Source: Octopus sinensis (taxonomy: Eukaryota). From it: 8,038 bases of DNA. The notes below the pieces were generated by a model. It was not told the origin of the DNA, made no database searches, and saw only the letters and a list, made by a program, of their open reading frames with translations. Below, piece by piece: positions 1 through 7,990 of this stretch. A program made the position numbers and the translations under genes. Location: contig NW_021828660.1 of the NCBI RefSeq assembly GCF_006345805.1, forward strand, positions 1-8,038. Reading direction: 5' to 3'. Within the stretch, counting starts at the first letter, position 1; every line of letters begins with the position of its first letter.

Positions 1-200
1 TGACAGCAGTTGTTCGACATAAGCCCACAGGTCGGAAATTGTTGGACACTGAACGAGTGCGTGCAGAACGGTTTCGTCGCTCTGACCGCATCTCGGGCAG
101 GTCGGCCCCGTGTTTCTCGAGCCGTGTCTGTAGAGCTTATCCCGAACGGGTAGCGCTTCTCGGTAGCACTGCCAGGCCAGGGATCTCTGGAAGTTGTCCA

Positions 201-201
<1 letters not shown>
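1..201 (-). mobile_element. 5'-truncated non-LTR retrotransposon (L1/Tx1-type) ORF2 fragment encoding the C-terminal zf-RVT (CCHC) domain; continues beyond the left edge of the window
   Basis: Manual translation of the minus strand 201->1 gives an uninterrupted 67-codon frame: [67 protein letters not shown]. The W-x6-LP-x-RD-x-L ... CPRC ... ET-x-x-H-x3-CP ... LW pattern is the zf-RVT zinc knuckle that follows RT in L1/Tx1-clade ORF2. The frame is absent from the ORF track, probably because it runs off the window without a stop. Confidence 0.85.
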
Positions 202-608
<407 letters not shown>

Positions 609-700
609 GTACATCTGATGAGCTTCTTCAAAGTATCTATCTGTTAAAATTACTCTCTCATTCCTCCTGTTGATCCGACATTGTTGCACAAGATACTTAC

Positions 701-742
701 TTTAGGATGTTGTGAAGTGGGGATTGCATCTGAACCTACGTA
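701..742 (-). CDS. Candidate 42-nt micro-exon ([14 protein letters not shown]) of an unidentified gene
   Basis: Minus strand reads ggtttgctttatcag|TACGTAGG...CATCCTAAA|gtaagt, a consensus acceptor and donor. Length is 14 codons and only the phase-0 frame is open. No protein family recognised. Confidence 0.3.
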
Positions 743-1025
743 CTGATAAAGCAAACCTTTAAATCCCTTATCAATCTATTTATTTGGCCATTCGCTTACT
801 TTAATTGCTACCAACCTTCCTACATGCCTACCTACCGTTCTACCTATCATTTTACTTTCCATCTAACATACCCATATACACTTCTTTACTTATCCACCGA
901 AATACTTATCTACCTATTATTTTACCTGCCTTCCAACATACTTATCTATCTATATCATCGTGTCATTGTAATAGATACTTTCTATTGTAATCTTCCCACT
1001 CGTTTGACTAATGTTTTCATTTTCT

Positions 1026-1080
1026 ACACACACGCACACACATATGCACACACATACACGCACACACACACACGCACGTA
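1026..1080. repeat. Imperfect (CA)n microsatellite
   Basis: Directly visible. Confidence 0.9.
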
Positions 1081-1106
1081 CCCACTCATTCATTCCCTTC
1101 AGTTAC

Positions 1107-1274
1107 CATTTCTGTAATCTTTTCCGCCCATACGTGATTATTATATCATTTGGAATTTTGATCGTGGGACGAAAGGAATCGACCGACCAAAGCAGAGCAG
1201 AATCGCGTACAAGCTGAACAACTCCCCACACGAATACCCTGTGCCCTGTTCCGGGTCGCTCATATGGCATGCAG
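1107..1274 (-). CDS. Candidate symmetric 168-nt exon (phase 2-2), unidentified
   Basis: Minus strand reads tttcttaatccaaaag|C TGC ATG ... CAG AAA TG|gtaact. Open frame: CMPYERPGTGHRVFVWGVVQLVRDSALLWSVDSFRPTIKIPNDIIITYGRKRLQK. CpG-rich relative to its flanks. Its first 24 nt overlap the tandem dimer, which weakens the call. Confidence 0.15.
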
Positions 1275-1700
1275 CTTTTGGATTAAGAAATATATATAAA
1301 AAAAAAACAAATTTATTATTTTTATGTATTTTTTATTTATATATTTTTAAAAGAAAACTCTGCTGTACAAATCTTTCATAAAACCAAAATTGGAATCCAG
1401 GAATGCAAGAAAACCATAGCTTTCAGAGTACAAGACATATCATTACGGGCGCTGCCCTGTACCTCTTTAAGTGCTTTGATTCCTGGGGTTGCCCATATGG
1501 TTACAACTCTTAGAGAAAAAAAAAAGCTGTTTTATTTATTTATTTCCTATGTTTTTATCTATATGTCTTTGGAACCAGGTTCGGATGTACGAAACTTTCA
1601 TACAATCGAAATTAGGACCTAGGAATGCAGGACAACCATAGCTTCCAAAGAATGACAAAAGATATGAATGAGGGCGCTCCTCTCAAACGCTTTAAGTGTT
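1251..1700. repeat. Diverged tandem dimer, unit about 222-233 bp
   Basis: Collinear shared motifs: catatgg (1261/1494), A-run, tgtac..ctttcata, aggaatgca (1399/1621), aaccatagctt, gggcgct (1447/1672), ctttaagtg (1465/1690). Confidence 0.8.
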
Positions 1701-2086
1701 ATTTTAATAAAAAAAATAAGATGGTTCTATTTGCTATTCTTTACTTCTTTCTCTCTCGCCTTTCTTTTTCTTCACTGTGTTTTTGCTTAACGTATTTTTC
1801 AAAAGCCCTCAATCACCCAAACAAATCCTCTCGAAGTGTTCCTCCTTCATTATTTTGCATTATTTATCTGAGCAAGATTTTTTGCATGTGTGCATACTCT
1901 ACACATCTGTAGAGTATGCCGCGTTACCAATTCTGTTTATTGGTCTTCTGCTACTGAGACGATGGTGCCTGTTTTCATGCCCTTTTGCTTGAGAAAACAT
2001 CGCTTAAATGTCTCCTTCCGCGTTGACGGTCGCATTTTGTATATTATGCTTAATTTTCTTTCTTTTTAATATCTTTACTTCATTTG

Positions 2087-2372
<286 letters not shown>

Positions 2373-2659
2373 TTACCAAGTTGTATATACGCATATTGTC
2401 TTTATCTGCCTCTTTCTTTCTCAAACGTTTACACCAGACACACACACTCACACATACACACGTGCGCACATGCTCACACATACATAAATCCACAAGCATC
2501 GTGACATAAGAGCACACACTATCAGGCAACATCCTTTATCAGGCAATACAGAAAGGTGTACTTGTTTACGACAATATTACGGTAAGATTAAAATATACAA
2601 AAACTAGAATAAAGAAAAAAGAAAACCAAAGAATCGTGCACCAATTCGAAGACACCCAC

Positions 2660-2709
2660 CTCAAAAAACAATAAAATAACAAAAGAAAAAAATGAATCAC
2701 GACCGCCAT
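2660..2709 (-). CDS. Candidate first coding exon encoding a signal-peptide-like start (MAVVIHFFLLLFYCFL)
   Basis: Minus strand reads ttcaacATGGCGG (strong Kozak context, also a YY1-like motif), then 16 mostly hydrophobic codons plus AG, then the donor GAG|gtgggt. CpGs are locally retained. The hydrophobicity may simply reflect T-richness. Confidence 0.25.
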
Positions 2710-2979
2710 GTTGAATTCTTGGGCCGATTCATATAATCTGTTATTAATAGGATAAATAATCGTGAAAGCAAAGCTATCAACAAACCCTCCGAGATAAAAG
2801 CAGGAGTATATTGTTTGAGTATTATGCTGTTTAAGTTTCATAAATCACATATGGTTTACACGTGAATGCATGCATGCTGTGTAAATATGTAATGAAATTG
2901 TATACCTTGCATGTCATGCCGAGGAGATGGTCTGGTACAGCTGAAGACACTCAGAACATAAAAGATGAATCCAATTGGA

Positions 2980-3145
2980 ATTTCGATAGCTACACGCTCA
3001 TTGTTTTTGTTTTAAACTTGACAATGACGCGTCGAGGTCTTCATTCGCAGCACGTTTTCTGTCAACGAAGTATATAAAAGATACACCGAAGTCGCCAATT
3101 GCGAGCGAGTATAAGCAAGTAGTATGTACCTAGATTTCGCGTATG
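2980..3145. promoter_or_regulatory. Possible promoter patch (CpG-rich, TATA-like and CCAAT motifs)
   Basis: About 14 CpG in ~165 bp of otherwise AT-rich DNA; TATATAAAAG at 3071-3080; CCAAT at ~2971 and ~3095; GACGCGTC palindrome at ~3026-3033. Confidence 0.25.
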
Positions 3146-3339
3146 TGGGGACTCACAGCAGACTTAGGAAGAGAGAGAGAGACAGACAGACAGCAAAGAA
3201 TCGAGGGATGTGAAGGCTGGAGGGATATGACAGAGGGCAGCACTAACAGTAGGCTGGTACTCATATTCAGCTGAGTAGAATGGTTTAGGGGTTTTTATTA
3301 CTTATATAATAAACCACTTGTTCGTTCGCCCGTTACACA

Positions 3340-3640
3340 TTAGTTAGTTAGAGAGATGGAGGTGGAGAGAGTGAGAGAAAGGGAGGAGTGAAGAAAGAAG
3401 AAAGGAAAAAAGTAGAGAAAGGGGATTAATATTAATACACTTAGGCCAAATGTGCCACGTGGTCAACTGAAGGTAGAGGCGAAGAACGAGAGAAAAAGAG
3501 GGAGAGAGAAGTGTTAATGACGTGCGGAGAAGGAATACATATTACATGGTTAAAAATTTAGCTGAAGGGAAAGGTAGATAGACAGAGATGGACTGGGGAA
3601 ACAGTTATATTGAGCGAGAGAGAGAGAGAGAGAGAGTGGC
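3340..3640. repeat. Purine-rich (GA-type) low-complexity region including (GA)n at ~3615-3636
   Basis: Directly visible. Confidence 0.75.
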
Positions 3641-3773
3641 AGATAGCGGTGATGTTGGTGATGCTGATATTGAAAAGTATATATATATATATTTTGTACA
3701 AATTCTTTTTTATATTGACATCACTTACGATTAAGTGCAATACTTTATGTGTGGGGTAGTGGTTGTCGAAGTT

Positions 3774-3992
3774 GGCAGAATCGTTAGCACGCCGGGCGAA
3801 ATGCGTAGCCGTATTTCGTCTGCCGTTACGTTCTGAGTTCAAATTCCGCCGAAGTCGACTTTGCCTTTCATCCTTTCGGGGTTGATAAATTAAGTAGCAG
3901 TTATGCACTGGGGTCGATATAATCGACTTAATCCGTTGTCTGTCCTTGTTTGTCCTCTCTGTGTTTAGCCCCTTGTGGGTAGTAAAGAAATA
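3774..3992 (+). mobile_element. tRNA-derived SINE (family B) with a Meta-domain-like body, slightly 5'-truncated, 13-bp TSD
   Basis: A-box-like tggcagaatcgttag (3773-3787) and B-box-like gagttcaaattcc (3835-3847). Body gactttgcctttcatcctttcggggttgataaattaagta resembles, from memory, the conserved MetaSINE/Sauria-SINE domain. Exact flanking direct repeat ggttgtcgaagtt at 3761-3773 and 3993-4005. Confidence 0.85.
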
Positions 3993-4049
3993 GGTTGTCG
4001 AAGTTTTGATGATGTTTATTTTAAGAATACACATGGACGCCACACCTAT

Positions 4050-4200
4050 ATGTATATATACTTACGTATATGTATATATATATATATATATTATATATAT
4101 ATATATATATAATATATATATATATATATGCGAACATATATTTCCATTCACACATGTGTGTGTATATATATACATACATATATATATATATATATATATT
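4050..4200. repeat. (TA)n-rich microsatellite
   Basis: Directly visible. Confidence 0.95.
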
Positions 4201-4213
4201 ATTTATTGCTAGC

Positions 4214-4272
<59 letters not shown>
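4214..4272. repeat. Pure (GATA)n microsatellite
   Basis: Directly visible, uninterrupted. Confidence 0.98.
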
Positions 4273-4273
<1 letters not shown>

Positions 4274-4894
4274 CGTAACGTTTCGGCTTCGTGGATTTAT
4301 TGATAATCCTTTTTTAATCCATTTTATCAAGTTTTGTAATCTTGTCAATCGTCTTCTGACGCTCCATGTGAAAATATTACAAGAGTATTATGCCACACCG
4401 AATAACTTATTAAATTTGTAGTTACTGATTCGTATCTGGCTCCAAATGAATATCGGAATGCTACAAAGAAATTGGGAGACAACTACTCTATCGACTGAGA
4501 AAGTGCATCAAAAAATCGAAATTAAATTTATAAATATGTAAATATAAAATAAAATCTAGTAACCATCAGCACTAGAGTATTTTGGATTTGTTGCTGTTGT
4601 TGTTGTTTTAAACATTATCATAATGTTTTCATCTATTGCTTATATTTTACGTAAAAGCTTTCAAGTTTTCATAACTAAGAAATGGACTCGATTTCTCGTT
4701 TGTTGTCTTTATGTGACAAGCCGGTTGAACGAGGTGGAAAGAAATCATGTATCAAATACGGACAAGGGATCAAATTGTTCTATGGATCAAGACATTGATT
4801 ACTGAACGGTTTATATAGTTTCGTGGTTCATTTAGGCATCATTGTATTATACTTAGCAATCGTCGATGCTGACATATGTGAATGTATGTGTGTA

Positions 4895-4991
4895 TACATA
4901 CATACATACATACATACATACATACATACATACATACATACATACATACATACATACATACATACATACATACATACATACATACATACAT
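4895..4991. repeat. Pure (CATA)n microsatellite, left segment
   Basis: Directly visible, uninterrupted. Confidence 0.98.
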
Positions 4992-5326
4992 GGTGGCTGC
5001 CCCCTCGTTATCGAGTATGGCCATTGCACGAAGCTTAATCAATGTTGTTATCGTGCAATGCCTGTGCAAGAAGATTTTTTTAAAGTGAGGAAAGGCTGTG
5101 CACTGAGTTGATCCCACTCACTAAGCAACAGCAGCCATAATCCGAAAAGAAGAACAAGTCAACATCATTGGTAACCACTGAGCCGCAGGTTTTATATCGG
5201 AGTTATCCCAGTTACCTGAGTTACCTTCTCCTAGAAGGATGCCCTAACAAAGGCTAGGAGTGATTCACTCCCAATGGTTAAACCGCGCGATCGGGTATTC
5301 AGTCCGATTATTTCTATGTCCCCGCG
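4992..5326 (-). mobile_element. Short non-autonomous RTE-related retroelement (bipartite LINE derivative or SINE-like) embedded in (CATA)n
   Basis: The minus strand contains ctcctagcctttgttagggcatccttctaggagaaggtaactc...cgatataaaacctgc, which resembles the RTE-clade 5'-UTR motif as I recall it (..agcct..aggca..catctaggagaagg.aaactc.gat..aaacct). The 3' end has a small stem-loop (ctcg-ataa-cgag) followed by (TGTA)n. No coding capacity. Sharp boundaries against the CATA arrays on both sides. Confidence 0.6.
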
Positions 5327-5596
5327 CATACATACATACATACATACATACATACATACATACATACAAACATACATACATACATACATACATACATACA
5401 TACATACATGCATTCATACATACATGTATACATACATTCATACATACATACATACATACATACATACATACATACATACATACATACACACACACATACA
5501 TACATACATACATACGTACATACGTACATACATACGTACATACATACATACATACATACATACATACAAACATACATACATACATACATACATACA

Positions 5597-5627
<31 letters not shown>
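5327..5627. repeat. (CATA)n microsatellite, middle segment with variant units (CAAA, CATG, CATT, CACA, CGTA)
   Basis: Directly visible; it is the source of the TYIH/MYVC ORFs. Confidence 0.98.
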
Positions 5628-5628
<1 letters not shown>

Positions 5629-5681
5629 GAGGGCGTGCTGACAAGGTCCTGGTTTTAAGGGTATTGCGAAGGGCTTCGTTG

Positions 5682-5776
5682 GAGGCCCAACATTCCGACT
5701 TCTTTTACAGGACTTAGAAAAACTCAATGACCGCTGCGATAAGTGTCTGCATCTGAGAGAGGAATATGCTGAATAA
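5682..5776 (+). pseudogene. Mariner (Tc1/mariner superfamily) transposase C-terminal remnant
   Basis: EAQHSDFF-[1-nt frameshift at ~5706]-QDLEKLNDRCDKCLHLREEYAE* matches the mariner C-terminal signature F(F/Y)xxGxxKLxxRxxKCxxxxGxYxE*. Confidence 0.8.
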
Positions 5777-5796
5777 AGCCATAATTAACTAATCCT

Positions 5797-6210
5797 TACT
5801 CTTTTACTCTTTACTCTTTTACTTGTTTCAGTCATTTGACTGCGGCCATGCTGGAGCACCGCCTTTAGTCGAGCAAATCGACCCCGGGACTTATTCTTTG
5901 TAAGCCCAGTACTTATTCTATCGGTCTCTTTTGCCGAACCGCTAAGTAACGGAGACGTAAACACACCAGCATCGGTTGTCAAGCAATGCTAGGGGGACAA
6001 ACACAGACACACAAACACACACACACACATATATATATATACATATATACGACAGGCTTCTTTCAGTTTCCGTCTACCAAATCCACTCACAAGGCATTGG
6101 TCGGACGGGGCTATAGCAGAAGACACTTGCCCAAGATGCCACGCAGTGGGACTGAACCCGGAACCATGTGGTTGGTTAGCAAGCTACTTACCACACAGCC
6201 ACTCCTCGCC
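5797..6210 (-). mobile_element. tRNA-derived CORE-like SINE, family A, copy A1 (full length)
   Basis: Minus-strand head GGCGAGGAGTGGCTGTGTGGTAAG (A box) and GGGTTCAGTCCC (B box, 6148-6159). CORE-like cttgggcaagtgtcttct. Internal (TA)/(TG) tract, 3' stem-loop cagtc-aaat-gactg and (AAAGAGT)n tail. Near-identical to copies A2 and A3. Confidence 0.92.
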
Positions 6211-6335
6211 TATGTATTTTTTTTTTTTTTGCTCAAAGCCAGACATTTTTCAGCAGCCTCTTGCACATACGGCGTCCGGTCTATTTGCCGACGGCAGTTT
6301 GTCGTCGTTGAATTTGTTCCCTGTCAAATTCATCG

Positions 6336-6414
6336 CTGGTCAATTCGTCCTCTGGTCAATTCGTCCCCTGGTCAATTTGTCCTCTGGTCAATTCGTCCCC
6401 TGGTCAGTTCGTCG
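6336..6414 (+). repeat. Five tandem 16-bp units ctggtcaattcgtcc(t/c) within the left TIR
   Basis: Units start at 6336, 6352, 6368, 6384 and 6400. Confidence 0.95.
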
Positions 6415-6489
6415 AGATCATAGAAAAAAATGGAAGAACGAATATCTGAATTTTAAAATGTTTACTTTATGGTTTACTTACTTTTCACT

Positions 6490-6879
6490 TACTTTTACTT
6501 GTTTCAGTCATTTGACTGCGGCCATGCTGGAGCACCGCCTTTAATCGAGCAACTCGACCCCGGGACTTATTCTTTTTTAAGCCCAGTACTTATTCTATCG
6601 GTCTCTTTTGCCGAACCGCTAAGTGACGGAGACGTAAACACACCAGCATCGGTTGTCAAGCAATGCTAGGGGGACAAACACAGACACACAAACATATACA
6701 CACCACACACACATACACATATATACACATATACGACAGGCTTCTTTCAGTTTCCACTCACAAGGCATTGGTCGGCCCGAGGCTGTAGCAGAAGACACTT
6801 GCCCAAGATGCCACGCGGTGGGACTGAACCCGGAACCATGTGGTTGGTAAGCAAGCTACTTACCACACAGTCACTCCTT
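6490..6879 (-). mobile_element. SINE family A, copy A2 (13-bp internal deletion)
   Basis: Collinear with A1 from tail to head; lacks gtctaccaaatcc at 6755/6756. Confidence 0.92.
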
Positions 6880-6914
6880 GCTGTATTACATATTAATTTT
6901 TTTCTTAAAATTAA

Positions 6915-7448
6915 AAACTCGTGCGTAATTGCTTTTGAAATAATATTTTTTTGGCTCGGATCATATTTTTCCATGACATTTTTTATACGCAGGTACATAT
7001 CTCTGTACTTTTACTATTGGCTTAGTTCTTCTCCTTGCATAAACTTCTGCAATTTGGTAATGGCAAACCTTTCTTCACATTTAATCATATCAATACGTTT
7101 CTAAATATTTCGATGACAAATATTCACTATGTTATTCAGCCTGCTGTGGTAGGCTTCTAAACTATTTGTAGAATGAGCAATCCTTGTCATACGTCGATCT
7201 CAAACATTCCATATAGGTATGGTTCAAGGTGTCGCCTCTTCTGTCCATCTTCCTCTAGGTGATCCTGTATGATTATTTTCAAAATAGCATGCAGCTAACT
7301 TTGGATTATCATAATCATCTACAAGTTATTCATATCCATCTAGAATATCATTAACCGGCAGGGATGCAGGGGCGACAAAACACCGCATTTTTAGACAAAA
7401 ACTGTCATTTCCGTGATATCTGCATTGTAGTTTTTCTTGCACAACATG
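6915..7448 (-). pseudogene. MULE (Mutator/Phantom-type) transposase, C-terminal part, disabled by stops and frameshifts
   Basis: Manual minus-strand translation: HVVQEKLQCRYHGNDSFCLKMRCFVAPASLPVNDILDGYE*LVDDYDNPKLAACYFENNHTG...[fs]...IWNV*DRRMTRIAHSTNSLEAYHSRLNNIVNICHRNI*KRIDMIKCEERFAITKL...[fs]KKYRDMYLRIKNVMEKYDPSQKNIISKAITHEF. This matches the MULE pattern LAFLP...YFE..YIG...WN..R...RT(N/T)N..E.(W/Y)H, with TNSLEAYH at 7169-7146 carrying the likely catalytic Glu. Confidence 0.85.
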
Positions 7449-7450
7449 CT

Positions 7451-7851
7451 TACTCTTTACTCTTTACTCTTTTACTTGTTTCAGTCATTTGACTGCGGCC
7501 ATGCTGGAGCACCGCCTTTAATCGAGCAACTCGACCCCGGGACTTATTCTTTTGTAAGCCCAGTACTTATTCTATCGGTCTCTTTTGCCGAACCGCTAAG
7601 CAACGAGGACACAAACACACCAGCATCGGTTGTCAAGCAATGCTAGGGGGACAAACACAGACACACAAACACACACACGCATATATATATATATATATAT
7701 ATATATAACATATATACGACGGGCTTCTTTCAGTTTCCGTCTACCAAATCCACTCACAAGGCTTTGGTCGGCCCGAGGTTATAGTAGAAGACACTTGCCG
7801 AAGGTGCCACGCAGTGGGACTGAACCCGGAACCATGAGGTTGGTAAACAAG
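7451..7851 (-). mobile_element. SINE family A, copy A3 (head truncated or degenerate)
   Basis: Collinear with A1 up to ...ttggtaaacaag (7851). B box present; the A-box region is lost or degenerate. Confidence 0.9.
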
Positions 7852-7990
7852 GAATTTACAACACATTTTGTCCCAAATGAACCAACCAGCATGCCAAATT
7901 CGAATTTGGTGATGAATTGATCGACGGTAAATTGACCAGGGACAAATTAACCGACGACAAAATAACCGGGGTCGAATTGTCCTAACATGG

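Larger units (their letters stand above)
5626..6265 (+). mobile_element. Mariner-derived internally deleted element (MITE-like), interrupted by SINE copy A1
   Basis: Left end TA+TGAGGGCGTGCTGACAAGGTCCTGGTTTT (5626-5656). Degenerate inverted copy AAAGCCAGACATTTTTCAGCAGCCTCTTGCA (6235-6265) matches the reverse complement of the left end at 19/31 positions. A transposase C-terminus lies between them. Inserted at a TA of the CATA array. Confidence 0.75.
6271..7989 (-). mobile_element. Foldback-type Mutator-like (MULE/Phantom-like) DNA transposon relic with tandem-repeat TIRs and an 8-bp TSD
   Basis: Exact direct repeat gcacatac at 6263-6270 and 7990-7997. Both ends have a 7-nt terminus followed by 15-16-bp repeat units in inverted orientation (left 6278-6414, right 7908-7982), in register with the TSD. 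Internal decayed MULE transposase. Confidence 0.85.

Noticed and set aside
615-640. CTGATGAG hammerhead core motif
   Set aside because: No stem II followed by GAAA and no flanking stems.
1103-1217. Plus-strand terminal exon after cccttcag (YHFCNLFRPYVIIISFGILIVGRKEST...*)
   Set aside because: Only an acceptor-like site, no upstream exon support and no recognised homology; it also conflicts with the equally weak minus-strand candidate.
1897-1914. Small hairpin ctctac-acatct-gtagag as a Helitron 3' end
   Set aside because: No downstream CTRR terminus, and a 6-bp stem is expected by chance.
3253-3283. gctggtactcatattcagctgagtag, resembling a fragment of another SINE body
   Set aside because: Too short to support without a search.
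4682-4798. Short ORF MDSISRLLSLCDKPVERGGKKSCIKYGQGIKLFYGSRH
   Set aside because: Only 38 aa, with no splice or family support; any resemblance to transposon-associated proteins is too vague to report.
5280-5326. Canonical HDV-like ribozyme at the head of the 335-bp element (gcgcg/cgcgc followed by GG)
   Set aside because: The L3 loop has the wrong length and sequence, and no P2 partner or J4/2 motif was found by eye. Kept only as a hairpin-rich leader.
6140-6210. tRNA-like A and B boxes (also at 3773-3847 and 6815-6879)
   Set aside because: No complete cloverleaf; they are SINE heads, not tRNA genes.
6336-6414. Regular direct repeats resembling a CRISPR array
   Set aside because: The units are contiguous 16-mers with no unique spacers, the context is eukaryotic, and they are explained as TIR subrepeats.
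5785-7920. Recurrent ORFs such as FQSFDCGHAGAPP..., MSSNARGTNTD... and TTGFFQFPSTKSTHKALV...
   Set aside because: They are frames through the three SINE A copies, so the repeated peptides reflect the repeat, not a gene family.
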